Assembly (NCBI GenBank): GCA_964489065.1 | Contig: CAZAXH010000004.1 | Coordinates: 15,181-79,180, forward strand | Source: an uncultured Planctomycetales bacterium | GTDB taxonomy: Bacteria; Omnitrophota; Gorgyraeia; Zapsychrales; JANLHA01 | DNA length: 64,000 nt | Reading direction: 5' to 3' | Shown here: positions 36,423 through 46,521 of the stretch, in pieces | How the letters are laid out: each line of letters starts with the position of its first letter | How positions within the stretch are numbered: position 1 is the first letter of the stretch | The notes under the pieces: model-generated | Database searches by the model: none | What the model was told of the DNA's origin: nothing | The model's input: only the letters and a program-made list of their open reading frames with translations | Translations under genes and position numbers: made by a program

Positions 36423-37577
36423 TTGAGAGCATTCATTATCGCAATTTTTATCGTCTGCATGACACAACCGTTATCGGCTGACACCATCCTTTTAAAAAAC
36501 GGAAAAACCCTGGAAGGACCGATTATCGAAAAGACCAAACGCCACATAAAAATGCAAACCAAAAACGGCGTTATCAAAGTTCCTTTCACCATGATGGAGG
36601 AAGCAACGGCGGAAGAGGTCAAGAAAATCCCGGAAAAAATAATGATAAAAGACGAACCCCCTCTTCTTTATAAAGGGAAAAAGATTACCAAAGAAGATAT
36701 TGATGTGGAGAAAATACTGCAGCCGGTTTTCGCCAAGTTCAAAGACATGTCTTCCTTTCAATGCAACGGGACCGGGGTTTCCAACAGCATTCGGGATAAT
36801 GTCATGGATACAACGCAGACATATATAACCATGAAATTCCAACGGCCCAATTACTTCCTGATTGTCCTAGACAACACCCTCAGCAAAGGGCAAAAAGAAA
36901 TCCTGGCCGCCTGGAATAACGGGGCGACCCCCCTGTCTTACAGCAGTACCGCCAAAACCTACAACTACGCGTCCAACGACACTATGGCCTTGATGGATAT
37001 CGGATATCTTAAAATTCTCCACCAACTGTTTTCCGGATGCGAAGCGGAATGCCCGCTTCTTCAAGATCTGACGTATCTGGGAAACACGGATTTAAACGGA
37101 GAATCCTGCTACCTTTTGTCCCGGACCATGCCAATCGGCTACTATGTTCTTTGGGTATCCAAAAAACGGAATATTGTGATCAGGCTTGATTACACTCTCT
37201 TCGGATATCCGGATGAATTTTACCGGCAGCCAACGACCGACGCCGAACTCGAAACAATCCTGCAGGCCATGGAGATGGAACCCACAGAAGAAAATTTAAA
37301 AAAAGCCAGGCAGGTCATTCTCAATATCCAGCCTCCCCCTGAGGACGAAGAGGACGAGGATGATGCGGCCAAAAAGAAAGAAAAGAAAAAGAAGAAAGCC
37401 CCTCCGCCCCCTCCGCCACCACCGAGAGGGCCTAAATACCAAACAAGCATTTACGCTGAATTAACCCTGGATAATTTTGAATTTGACTGGGAAATTGATC
37501 CGGGAGAATTCCGATTCGGAATCCCAGAGGGGACAAAGTTTGTGCCTGCAGAGGACTTTAAGAAACAATTTGAATAA
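36423..37577 (+). CDS. Secreted protein of an uncharacterised family (paralog 1) with an acidic, Lys-rich and Pro8 low-complexity insert
   Basis: TTG start with an AGGAGG RBS. Signal peptide. Conserved blocks shared with the 39545 gene: LYKGxKIxKEE, MxSFQCNGxG, YITxKFQRPxY, CEGECP(L/F)L, ENCYL, WVS, TARQVI. Confidence 0.6.
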   Translation: MRAFIIAIFIVCMTQPLSADTILLKNGKTLEGPIIEKTKRHIKMQTKNGVIKVPFTMMEEATAEEVKKIPEKIMIKDEPPLLYKGKKITKEDIDVEKILQPVFAKFKDMSSFQCNGTGVSNSIRDNVMDTTQTYITMKFQRPNYFLIVLDNTLSKGQKEILAAWNNGATPLSYSSTAKTYNYASNDTMALMDIGYLKILHQLFSGCEAECPLLQDLTYLGNTDLNGESCYLLSRTMPIGYYVLWVSKKRNIVIRLDYTLFGYPDEFYRQPTTDAELETILQAMEMEPTEENLKKARQVILNIQPPPEDEEDEDDAAKKKEKKKKKAPPPPPPPPRGPKYQTSIYAELTLDNFEFDWEIDPGEFRFGIPEGTKFVPAEDFKKQFE

Positions 37578-37627
37578 ACGACCGGGCGTCCTCTCCGCTT
37601 CTGCCCAAAAATAAGCTCCAATGTTAA

Positions 37628-37653
37628 CCGGGATGATGGTATCGTCATCCCGG
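37628..37653. terminator. Hairpin between convergent genes (CCGGGATGA-N8-TCATCCCGG), nested inside an 11-bp inverted repeat (AAACGACCGGG / CCCGGTCGTTT)
   Basis: Seen in sequence. Weak T-run (tcgtttt) downstream on the + strand. Confidence 0.4.
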
Positions 37654-37683
37654 TCGTTTTAAATAGCCCCCAAAATTCCCGTA

Positions 37684-38406
37684 TCATCTGCGGCGAAGCT
37701 TCGACAGGAAACGCAGAATCTCCATATACAGCCAGATTAAAGTGACCATAAGGCCAAAAGCTCCGTACCATTCCATATATCTGGGAACACCCATGCGGGA
37801 CCCCTGCTCAATAAAATCGAAATCTAGCACCAAATTTAAAGCGGCAATAATAACAACAATAAGGCTGAACCCGATTCCAATCGGGCCGCTGTCGTATATG
37901 AGCGGCATGCGAACCTGAAAGAAACCCAAGACCAAAGTCAAAAGATAATATAACGCAATCCCCCCGGTGGCAGCCACGATCCCCATCCGGAATTGATCCG
38001 TAACCGTTATCATGCCGGATCTATAAACAATTAATAACGCGCATAATGTCGCCCCCGTGAGGCCGACGGCCTGCTTGACAATCCCCGGATACGATTGTTC
38101 AAAAATAACAGAAACGGTCCCCAAGACAACCCCCTCCAAAAGAGCGTATATCGGCGCCGTGACCGGAGACCACTCTTTCTTAAAAACAGTGACCAGGGCG
38201 GTCAAAAATCCCCCCACTAAAGCCGGCAATAAAAAAGGACTGGCTCCCCCGGGGTTGCTCCAAGCCCAAGTCGCTGTCAGCATCACCAGGAAAAGCAGGA
38301 TGAAACTTTTGTTCGTCGTCCCCTGGATCGACATGACATGACCCGAATCATACGACCTGACCTCGCTAAAAGTGTCGTTTGTTAACACAGGATTTCCTGA
38401 ACGCAT
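37684..38406 (-). CDS. 7-TM membrane protein, Bax-inhibitor-1/YccA-like (tentative)
   Basis: About 240 aa. Seven hydrophobic helices. A charged C-terminus (LSKLRRR) as in the BI-1 family. Confidence 0.45.
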   Translation of the reverse strand: MRSGNPVLTNDTFSEVRSYDSGHVMSIQGTTNKSFILLFLVMLTATWAWSNPGGASPFLLPALVGGFLTALVTVFKKEWSPVTAPIYALLEGVVLGTVSVIFEQSYPGIVKQAVGLTGATLCALLIVYRSGMITVTDQFRMGIVAATGGIALYYLLTLVLGFFQVRMPLIYDSGPIGIGFSLIVVIIAALNLVLDFDFIEQGSRMGVPRYMEWYGAFGLMVTLIWLYMEILRFLSKLRRR

Positions 38407-38497
38407 ACCCCCCTCCTTTCATTAAATCACAACAATCTTTTTTGTAACCCCCTTGAACCCTTTCAAAATCCTTTCTCCCGAAACAGGATGACAATTC

Positions 38498-39310
38498 CTA
38501 AGGAGTCTTGGGCTTATAATATTTCATCGCTTCGGGGATCGCCGCCACAATTTTATTGATCCGGGTCTGGTCCGACGGATGGGTGCTTAGAAATTCCGGC
38601 GAAGCCGCCCCCTTCTTCTGCTGCGCCATCCTCTCCCAAAACGCGACGGCCCGGTTGGGGTCATACCCGGCCATGGCCATAAAAATCAGGCCCAAATGGT
38701 CCGCCTCATTTTCGTGAAGTCGGCTATACGGCAAAATAATCCCCAAATTACTCCCCACCCCGAAAGCGGCCATCCAGAGTGCTTTGGTTTTCTCCGGTTT
38801 TGTTTCCAGGGCCGTTGAGAGGGCAAAGCCTCCCAGTTCCGTGAGCAACCCCTGGCTCATGCGCTCATCCCCGTGCTTGGCAATGGCATGCGCGATTTCA
38901 TGCGATAAAACAACCGCCAGCCCGCTTTCATCCTGCGTGATGGGGAAAATCCCTGTATAAACGACGACTTTGCCGCCGGGCATGCACCAGGCGTTGGCCT
39001 CTTCGCTTTCGACCAAATTAAATTCCCAAACATATCCATTTAATCGCGCCGAAAGACCTTGTTCCATCATATAATCCTCCACCGCACGCTGTATCCTCTC
39101 CCCCACATTTTGGACCATCCGGGTTTTCTCTTTGTCTATACTGAGTTTATGATTCTTCAAGAAATCATCATATTGCTGAAGGCTCATGGAAAGCATTGTA
39201 CTGGCCGGGATAATATCCAATTGGGTCCGGCCTGTTATCGGGACGGTCGCGCAAGAAGCCAAAAAACAGACAAAAATATAAACAAAGACCAGCCTGATTT
39301 TAGATAACAT
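38498..39310 (-). CDS. M48-family Zn-metallopeptidase lipoprotein (YcaL/BepA-like)
   Basis: Lipobox FLASC. HEIAHAIAKH (HExxH) plus a downstream Glu. About 270 aa. Confidence 0.8.
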   Translation of the reverse strand: MLSKIRLVFVYIFVCFLASCATVPITGRTQLDIIPASTMLSMSLQQYDDFLKNHKLSIDKEKTRMVQNVGERIQRAVEDYMMEQGLSARLNGYVWEFNLVESEEANAWCMPGGKVVVYTGIFPITQDESGLAVVLSHEIAHAIAKHGDERMSQGLLTELGGFALSTALETKPEKTKALWMAAFGVGSNLGIILPYSRLHENEADHLGLIFMAMAGYDPNRAVAFWERMAQQKKGAASPEFLSTHPSDQTRINKIVAAIPEAMKYYKPKTP

Positions 39311-39544
39311 AAAACACGCTCCTTGATTACGGCGCTAAAAATGCGACGAACGGATATCAGAATCGAAACAGCACCCATTCAGTGATAAAAAATTTTATAT
39401 TTGGGAAATTTATTATAATACGATACGCGGGCGTATTCAACCCTTTCAAGAATGCCTTTCTATGCTGAAAAATAACTTGTTTTGATTTTTAGAATTTTAT
39501 GTTTTATTATTGTTGTATATTCATAATATAAAAGGAGTTCTTCC

Positions 39545-40627
39545 ATGCAAAAACGTTCAGCCATACTTATGCTTATTTTATTATCGGCCAATATGGCATT
39601 TGCCGAATCTGTGGTGCTTAAAAGCGGGATGATCGTCCAAGGGGAGGTCATCGAGAAAACCCAAGAGTATATCAAGGTCGATACCGGAAGCAACGTTCTA
39701 AAAATCCCCTTCAAACGGATGGATGAAGAATTCGCCGCCGCCTACCAGGCCCTTCCGGAAAAAATCGCCGACCCCCAGGATGTCCTTCTGTACAAAGGCC
39801 AAAAGATTTCAAAAGAAGAGGTTCAACCCGAGGCCATTTTAAAAGCCGTGCTGGCCCGTTATAAGGAAATGACGTCGTTCCAATGCAACGGGAGCGGGAT
39901 AACGAGTACCAGTTACGGAGAAGCTCTTGTGAACGGGCAGAAGTACATTACCGTTAAATTTCAGCGCCCTCATTATTATTTGACCATAGATAAAACATCC
40001 CTGCCCAAACGCAAGAAAAAATTCGGAGAAGAAACACGGGCGGCATGGTCCAATGGGGAAGGCCATTATTACTATAAAAGCACCGCCCAAAAATATTTTC
40101 AGCTCCCGACCGACACGATGGCGCGCATGGGCATGGCCTATATAAATATCCTGTATAATTTTTTTACCGTCTGCGAAGGCGAATGCCCCTTCCTTAAAAC
40201 ATTCTCATACTTCGGGAATGCCAGTTTCGGCGGAGAAAACTGCTATCTATTCAAACAGGATGTCAGTTCAGGATCATATATGATTTGGGTCTCCCAAGCG
40301 AGCAACCTGATCGTAAAAATCGATTATGAATTCGAAGGGCAGCCGGATGAATTCTTTGCGCGGGGCATGAATATAGAAGAAATCAACAGCATCTTCCCTC
40401 CTCTAGAGATGGAACTCACGGCCGAAAATCAAAAGACCGCCCGGCAGGTGATCAAAGATATCCATGCTATTCGATGGGGGCAGACAACCAAATCCTATGT
40501 CGAAGTCACGCTTGAAAATATCATCACAAACGAGGAGCTCAAGCCGGAAAGTTTTCAATATCCTTATCCCCAGGACACGGCTTTTGAATCAGAAGAGGAT
40601 TTCAAAAAACGGTTTGAAAAAAAGTAG
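39545..40627 (+). CDS. Secreted protein of an uncharacterised family (paralog 2)
   Basis: Signal peptide. Conserved blocks shared with the 36423 gene (see that entry). AAGGAG RBS. Confidence 0.6.
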   Translation: MQKRSAILMLILLSANMAFAESVVLKSGMIVQGEVIEKTQEYIKVDTGSNVLKIPFKRMDEEFAAAYQALPEKIADPQDVLLYKGQKISKEEVQPEAILKAVLARYKEMTSFQCNGSGITSTSYGEALVNGQKYITVKFQRPHYYLTIDKTSLPKRKKKFGEETRAAWSNGEGHYYYKSTAQKYFQLPTDTMARMGMAYINILYNFFTVCEGECPFLKTFSYFGNASFGGENCYLFKQDVSSGSYMIWVSQASNLIVKIDYEFEGQPDEFFARGMNIEEINSIFPPLEMELTAENQKTARQVIKDIHAIRWGQTTKSYVEVTLENIITNEELKPESFQYPYPQDTAFESEEDFKKRFEKK

Positions 40628-40825
40628 TTGTTGAGAGAGCCCTTATACCCGTCGCCCACCCCGACGGAATATAGACACCGTGAAAACCCGTGTTAAACTA
40701 AAACGCTTTGCCCCTTTCCTGTTACTGGTCCACGGAACGCGCGTTCTGGTTCAAATTTTATATTGATCTCCCCTTCCCATAATCATTTTTTCCGCTACAA
40801 TATTTTCTAGATCATAGGAGATTAT

Positions 40826-41863
40826 ATGCACATTCACACCCCGCGGGCGTCATGCCTTACGCGCCTGATCAGCCTGATTATCGTTGGCGCAGTCTGTTTC
40901 TATATAGGAGCCTATAAAGACCGGATATCCAGCTTTGTGGAACAATATTTCCCGGAAGTAAAAAAAGCGGTGGCAAAGCGGGTCGCCCAAATTCAAAAAA
41001 GTGCCAAGCCCCGGATCATAACCATAACGCCTGCGCCGGACAAGAATCCAGAGCCAGCGCAAGACAACGCCCCGGAACAAAAGCACCCTTCCCCAAGAGA
41101 TATCCGCCTCGCTTCTTTTTATGTCAACTCACCTTCTGATGATACGGTCTCGCCAGGACTTGCCTATACGGCACAAATTGTCAAATACTTTGATGTGGCG
41201 GCTATCCAAGGGATCGAAACAGAAGCCGTCCTCAAAAAAATTGTGGATATTCTAAAAAGCCTCGGATTATCCTACGCCTATCTTTGGGCCGGATCCCCTC
41301 AAAACGGGACCACATGTTTTCAGGCGTTTTTATACCGCCAAGATAAAATTTCAGTCCTGCAAGGAGGGAAAATCTATGAGGCGAACGCCTCCCCGTTTCT
41401 TCAAGAGCCTTATTATGCCAGATTCCAGGCCGGCCGTTTTGACTTCACCCTTATCAGCATTCATGTCTCCCGGGGCGTCCATGAAGAAGACCGCCGCAAG
41501 GAAATTAAAGCCCTCCCCGACCTCTATAATGTCATACAAAAAGAATTCCCCGTTGAGCAGGATATCATCCTGCTCGGACATTTTAACCTTCCTCCTGAAG
41601 ACCCTGCCTGGGATGACCTCAAGCGGTTTCCAACGATGTCCCACCTCATCAAGCCTCCGGACACGACCAACATCGCCGGAACCAGGCTTTACGACAACAT
41701 CTGGTTCCAGAAAAAATACTGTCGGGAATACACCGGCCGCTCCGGGGTAATAAAATTTGACGAAAACATGTTTAAAGATGACGATAAAAAAGCCGGGGAC
41801 GCTGTTTCCGACTACCGCCCGGTGTGGGGAGATTTCCACGTCACGCAGCCGGACGATGACTAA
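40826..41863 (+). CDS. Membrane-anchored endonuclease/exonuclease/phosphatase (EEP, DNase-I-like) family protein
   Basis: N-terminal TM. EEP-like blocks (IRLASFYV, AAIQGIE, LLGHFN, SDYRPVWGDF). Confidence 0.55.
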   Translation: MHIHTPRASCLTRLISLIIVGAVCFYIGAYKDRISSFVEQYFPEVKKAVAKRVAQIQKSAKPRIITITPAPDKNPEPAQDNAPEQKHPSPRDIRLASFYVNSPSDDTVSPGLAYTAQIVKYFDVAAIQGIETEAVLKKIVDILKSLGLSYAYLWAGSPQNGTTCFQAFLYRQDKISVLQGGKIYEANASPFLQEPYYARFQAGRFDFTLISIHVSRGVHEEDRRKEIKALPDLYNVIQKEFPVEQDIILLGHFNLPPEDPAWDDLKRFPTMSHLIKPPDTTNIAGTRLYDNIWFQKKYCREYTGRSGVIKFDENMFKDDDKKAGDAVSDYRPVWGDFHVTQPDDD

Positions 41864-41994
41864 CCCCGTCTAACCGCAGGCGCACCCTTTTTAATCAGCC
41901 TGGTCGACCCAATTCCTGTTTTTTTTATTCGACTTTCTTTTTTCCATATTTCCTTTATAATAATCACATACTATTTTTCAATTCTCTTGCTACC

Positions 41995-43191
41995 ATGAAA
42001 CTATTGCTGTTAACCAATGAATATCCGCCCTATATCTACGGCGGAGCGGGAGTTCATGTCGCCAACCTCAGCCACGAACTGGCAAAATTATGCCATGTTG
42101 AAGTGCGATGTTTCGGCGATCAGGCCAGCACGCAGCCCAAGCTCAAAGTAACCGGCTATCAGAACTCCACCGAGCATTATTCCAGCGAGGACGGGCACAC
42201 AAGGGTTTTCGACGCCCTGCAACGCTGCCTGCACTTCAACACCGACAAAATCGACGCAGACATCGTCCATGCCCACACCTGGTACACCCATTGGGGAGGG
42301 ATCCTGGCGAAGCTTAATTACTCCATCCCACTGGTGATCACGGTTCATTCTCTGGAACCTCTCCGCCCCTGGAAAAGAGAGCAACTGGGCGGAGGCTACG
42401 ATTTCACATCCTGGGTTGAAAAAACCGCTCTTGAAATGGCGGACGCCATTATAGCCGTGTCAGAAGACACCAAAAAAGACATTCTCCGGTTCTCCCGGGC
42501 CCCGGCATCCAGAATCCACGTCATTCCCAACGGCATCAATCCGCTTATTTATAAACCGGTCCGGGCCCCTTCGGTTTTAAAAAGGTTCGGAATCGACCCT
42601 TCCCGGCCTTTTGTCCTTTTCGTCGGCAGGATCACGAGGCAGAAAGGGATCCTGCACCTGGTGAACGCCATCCCTTTCATGAAAAAAAATTTTCAGATCG
42701 TACTCTGCGCCGGGTCTCCCGACACGCCGGAATTTGGGCGGGAGATGGCGGCCCTTGTCAAGCAAGCCCAGGATATCCATCCGGGAGTCATCTGGATAAA
42801 AGACATGATCCGCGAGGAGGAGAAAGTCGCGCTTTATTCCCACGCCGCTGTTTTTTGCTGCCCATCCGTCTACGAACCGTTCGGGATTATCAATCTGGAA
42901 GCCATGGCCTGCTCGACTCCCGTAGTGGCTTCAGCCGTCGGCGGGATTAAGGAAGTTGTGGAAGACAAAAAAACAGGGCTGCTGGTCCCGGTTGCGCTGA
43001 AGAAGAATTCTCAAATTGGACCGGCCCATCCGCAAAAATTCTCACGACAACTGGCCCTGAACATCAATCAGCTTATGGATGACGAAAAGTTAAGAGCCCG
43101 GTACGGCCAAGCCGGACGCCGTCGGGTCCTCAAATATTTCACCTGGGAAAAAGTCGCCAGGAAAACCCTGGCTCTCTATAAAAAGCTGTAA
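41995..43191 (+). CDS. GT4-family glycosyltransferase (retaining, GT-B)
   Basis: N-terminal LLLTNEYPPYIYGGAGVHV. C-terminal EPFGIINLEAMACSTPVVASAVGGIKEVV (the GT4 E-x7-E region). Confidence 0.8.
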   Translation: MKLLLLTNEYPPYIYGGAGVHVANLSHELAKLCHVEVRCFGDQASTQPKLKVTGYQNSTEHYSSEDGHTRVFDALQRCLHFNTDKIDADIVHAHTWYTHWGGILAKLNYSIPLVITVHSLEPLRPWKREQLGGGYDFTSWVEKTALEMADAIIAVSEDTKKDILRFSRAPASRIHVIPNGINPLIYKPVRAPSVLKRFGIDPSRPFVLFVGRITRQKGILHLVNAIPFMKKNFQIVLCAGSPDTPEFGREMAALVKQAQDIHPGVIWIKDMIREEEKVALYSHAAVFCCPSVYEPFGIINLEAMACSTPVVASAVGGIKEVVEDKKTGLLVPVALKKNSQIGPAHPQKFSRQLALNINQLMDDEKLRARYGQAGRRRVLKYFTWEKVARKTLALYKKL

Positions 43192-43302
43192 AAATCTCCC
43201 TCCGGGACCTTTCCTTTTGCTGCATCAATGCTTGTCATAATTCATCCGGGGCCGCTGTCCGTCGACAGACTGGCTCCGGCCCGGAAACCAGGCCCAAAAG
43301 GA

Positions 43303-45627
43303 TTATAATTTTATTTTGCTTAATCTCAAGGCGTTGCCGATCACAGAAACCGAGCTGAAACTCATGGCGGCGCCGGCGAACATAGGATTCAGGAGAATAC
43401 CCGAAAACGGATACAAGACGCCGGCCGCAACCGGCAATCCCAAAGCGTTATATAAAAAAGCAAAAAACAAATTCTGGCGGATATTCCGCATCACACTGCG
43501 GCTTAATTTGATGGCCCGCACAATCCCGTTTATATCCCCCTTAACCAAGGTTATCCCGGCGCTTTCAATCGCCACATCCGTGCCAGTCCCCATAGCCACA
43601 CCCACATCCGCCTGAGCTAAAGCCGGGGCATCATTAATACCGTCTCCGGCCATCATCACCCTGGCGCCCCGGGAGGCCAGGTCCCGGATCACCTGTTGTT
43701 TGTCCTGCGGTTTGAGTTCAGCCCGGACATCATCGATATTGAGCTCCCGGGCAATAGCCCAAGCGGTCTTAGGATTATCCCCTGTTAACATAATGACCTT
43801 CAGGCCCAAACGATGAAGCTCCTGAACCGCCGCCAATGTGGTTCTTTTTAAAGGATCAGCAATGCCGATAACGCCCAGAACCTTTGGGCCCCGGGCCGCC
43901 CAGACAACAGTCTGGGCCGAATTTTCCAGTTCCAGGGCCCTGGCTTTTAACGCTTCGGGAAGCTCCCCGACGGTTTCCTGCAGGAAACGCGCTTGTCCCA
44001 GCCGCACAGGCTGTCCATCCATAATTCCGGTCACACCCCCGCCGCTCACCGCGACGAACTGATCCACATTCTGAAACGCTATCTCCCGGGCCCGGACGTA
44101 TTCCCGGACTGCGTGAGCCAAAGGATGTTCACTGGACTGCTCCAGGGACCCGGCGACAGCCAACAGTTCTTTTTCTTCCCCGGGACGCGCGGGGAAAACC
44201 GCCGTAATACGGGGCCTGCCTTCCGTCAATGTCCCGGTTTTATCGATCAACACATGCGTAATTTTTTCGGTCTTTTCAATGGCTTCGGCGTTCTTTATCA
44301 GGATCCCGGCCCGCGCCGCCCGACCCACACCCACCAGAATCGACATGGGCGTGGCCAACCCCAAAGCGCAAGGACAGGCAATAATCAAAACGGCTATCGC
44401 GTTAACGAGCGCATGCGCCAGAACCATTTCCCGCCCCCAGATCATCCAGGCCAAAAACGTGAGTACCGAAAGGCCCATCACCCCGGGCACAAAAAGTCCA
44501 GACACTTTATCGGCCACTCCCTGGATAGGGGCCCGGCTGCGCTGGGCTTCAGAGACCATCTGAATAATTTGGGATAAAAGTGTTTCCTCCCCGACCTTTT
44601 CCGTCCTCATAATAAAAGTACCGGCCTGATTGACCGTCGCCCCGATCACGGGATCCCCGGTTCCTTTTTCCACCGGTGCCGGCTCGCCGGTTATCATGGA
44701 TTCGTCCACGGTGCTCTTCCCTTGCACGAGGACCCCGTCCAACGGCACCTTCTCACCAGGGCGCACCCGCAGCAGATCCCCGGCCTGGACATCTTCCACA
44801 GGGACTTCTTCCTCAAGGCCGTCTTTGATCCGGTGCGCCTTCTTCGCCGCCAGGCCCAATAAAGCTTTGATGGCCTGACCGGTTCGCGCCCGGGCGCGCG
44901 CCTCCAAATATTGCCCGAGGATCACCAACACCGTAATCACGGCGGCCGATTCAAAATATAATCCCACACGGCCGTGAACCTTCATGGAATCCGGGAAAAA
45001 ATGCGGAACAAAAACCGCGACCGCACTGTAAACATAGGCCGCGCCGACGCCCATAGCAATCAGGGTAAACATGTTGGGGCTGCGGTTCCTCACCGATGCC
45101 CAGGCGCGAACAAATAAAAAATCCCCGCACCCAAACACCACCCAAGAGGTCAGGCATAGTTGAATCCAACCCGAAAATGTATAAACACCGCCTTCTTTCA
45201 AACGCACGGCGGGAAACATCTCCGCCATAGCCAGGAATAAAACCGGGACGGCTAACAGCACTCCCGTCCAAAATTTCTTTTCAAAAATCCTGATTTCCGG
45301 TGATCCTTCTCCTCTTCCCGCAGGGATACCCCGCACCTCCAGGGCCATGCCGCACTTGGGGCAATCCCCCGGATTATCCTGCGCAACCTCCGGGTGCATG
45401 GGGCAAACGTATATCCCCTCTCCCGACCGTTCTCGGGACGCCTTCCGTCGGCCTTCACCAACACCTTCATGACAAGAGGGAGAAACACGGGAAGCGGGGA
45501 GGGGGTTATCCCGCATAAACTTATCTTTACACCCCTGACAGCAAAAATAATAAACCTTCCCGTCTTTTTCCGCCCGGACGGCTTTTGCCACATCCACCGT
45601 CATTCCGCAAACAGGATCTTTCTCCAT
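43303..45627 (-). CDS. copA: Cu(I)-translocating P1B-type ATPase with N-terminal TRASH/YHS and CxxC metal-binding modules
   Basis: CGMTVD...YYFCCQGC (TRASH). CPMHPE...CPKCGM. The TM CPC motif (ACPCALG). [15 protein letters not shown]. Confidence 0.95.
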   Translation of the reverse strand: MEKDPVCGMTVDVAKAVRAEKDGKVYYFCCQGCKDKFMRDNPLPASRVSPSCHEGVGEGRRKASRERSGEGIYVCPMHPEVAQDNPGDCPKCGMALEVRGIPAGRGEGSPEIRIFEKKFWTGVLLAVPVLFLAMAEMFPAVRLKEGGVYTFSGWIQLCLTSWVVFGCGDFLFVRAWASVRNRSPNMFTLIAMGVGAAYVYSAVAVFVPHFFPDSMKVHGRVGLYFESAAVITVLVILGQYLEARARARTGQAIKALLGLAAKKAHRIKDGLEEEVPVEDVQAGDLLRVRPGEKVPLDGVLVQGKSTVDESMITGEPAPVEKGTGDPVIGATVNQAGTFIMRTEKVGEETLLSQIIQMVSEAQRSRAPIQGVADKVSGLFVPGVMGLSVLTFLAWMIWGREMVLAHALVNAIAVLIIACPCALGLATPMSILVGVGRAARAGILIKNAEAIEKTEKITHVLIDKTGTLTEGRPRITAVFPARPGEEKELLAVAGSLEQSSEHPLAHAVREYVRAREIAFQNVDQFVAVSGGGVTGIMDGQPVRLGQARFLQETVGELPEALKARALELENSAQTVVWAARGPKVLGVIGIADPLKRTTLAAVQELHRLGLKVIMLTGDNPKTAWAIARELNIDDVRAELKPQDKQQVIRDLASRGARVMMAGDGINDAPALAQADVGVAMGTGTDVAIESAGITLVKGDINGIVRAIKLSRSVMRNIRQNLFFAFLYNALGLPVAAGVLYPFSGILLNPMFAGAAMSFSSVSVIGNALRLSKIKL

Positions 45628-45721
45628 AGTTCCGCCTTTTTCATTAGCGTATCAAAAACACAGTGGGCAGGCAACTCTTTCTTGCCCCGAAATCGCCTTG
45701 AAACGCGCATCTTCTGCGCCT

Positions 45722-45743
45722 CCCCTTTTCTAAAGAAAAGGGG
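45722..45743. promoter_or_regulatory. 22-bp perfect palindrome CCCCTTTTCTAAAGAAAAGGGG, about 95 nt upstream of the copA start. Candidate metalloregulator operator.
   Basis: Seen in sequence. There is no flanking T-run, so it is unlikely to be a terminator. Confidence 0.35.
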
Positions 45744-45802
45744 GCAGCCCCGCAGGAGCCGTCCCCTTCACCAACACGATTGAGGCATTGTTCAGTGTCC
45801 TC

Positions 45803-46066
45803 CTAAAAACGCCGGCCCCACCCATTCTTAATGACGGTCAGCTTCCGGGGGGCTCCCGCAACCCGGCGGGCATGGCCGGCAAGGATAACGCGGATATCGT
45901 TCGGCTGAGCGCCGAACTGTTTCGCGGCCCGCACAAGCTCGGCACAATCTTCATAACGTTCCTGTGCCAGAGCTTCTTCAAGATACTGCAAAGCCGTTAC
46001 TTTTAAAACCCTATCCGCGCCCCATGTGCGCGTTTCATTGTTTTCAATGACTATGTCGTTTTTCAT
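45803..46066 (-). CDS. Small hypothetical protein (87 aa) with a UVR-like helical motif
   Basis: Start reassigned to MKNDIVIEN with an AAGGAGGTG RBS. LQYLEEALAQERYEDCAELVRAAKQFG resembles a UVR-domain helix pair. Family unknown. Confidence 0.35.
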   Translation of the reverse strand: MKNDIVIENNETRTWGADRVLKVTALQYLEEALAQERYEDCAELVRAAKQFGAQPNDIRVILAGHARRVAGAPRKLTVIKNGWGRRF

Positions 46067-46330
46067 CCTTATCACCTCCTTCACCTTCACGCCATTCACC
46101 CTTCTCCTTTTCTTCTCAAATTCTCCCACTGTCTTAACAGGTTAAAGAATTCGAGGATGACTGTGGTATTTAAAACAATCATTTCCATATGCACCTCCTT
46201 TCTATTTGAGTTTACTTTCCACCCGGCGTTAACATCGTTCCGGCCCCGGCCGCCGAAATCCGCGGGCCCCTAAAAGCCCCTGACTTCAAGCGCCGCCGCA
46301 GGGACGATTCCGTTACGCCTCCAACAGAAA

Positions 46331-46366
46331 AGCCACCGTCTCCTTAGAGGCGGTGGCTTTTTTAGA
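46331..46366. terminator. Hairpin AGCCACCG-N12-CGGTGGCT flanked by A- and T-runs. Bidirectional terminator.
   Basis: Strong T-run (TTTTTTAG) on the + strand and TTTTCTGTT on the minus strand. Downstream of the minus-strand 46522 gene. Confidence 0.45.
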
Positions 46367-46521
46367 TTGCCGAAAAATTTCAGCTTAACGAATTAAAACA
46401 CACCTCCCCTGACCCTTTGTCTCCAGGCCGGAGAACGGGTAATCCCGCAAACGTGCATTTTAAGATTCGTGAAGTTCTTCATAACGCCCAAAGTCTATCA
46501 CACCTTTTCAATAATGTCAAA

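Noticed and set aside
37220-37450. Minus-strand ORF with a poly-Gly and poly-Ser run
   Set aside because: Antisense reading of the Pro8/Lys-rich low-complexity insert of the + strand secreted protein. It is an artefact of low-complexity sequence.
45722-45743. Palindrome upstream of copA as an intrinsic terminator
   Set aside because: There is no U-tract on either strand. A 4-nt loop with 9-bp A/T-rich stem arms better fits a protein-binding dyad.
43316-45783. Plus-strand ORFs (up to 194 aa) opposite copA
   Set aside because: Antisense to a complete, motif-rich P-type ATPase gene. The GC-rich antisense frame is simply open.
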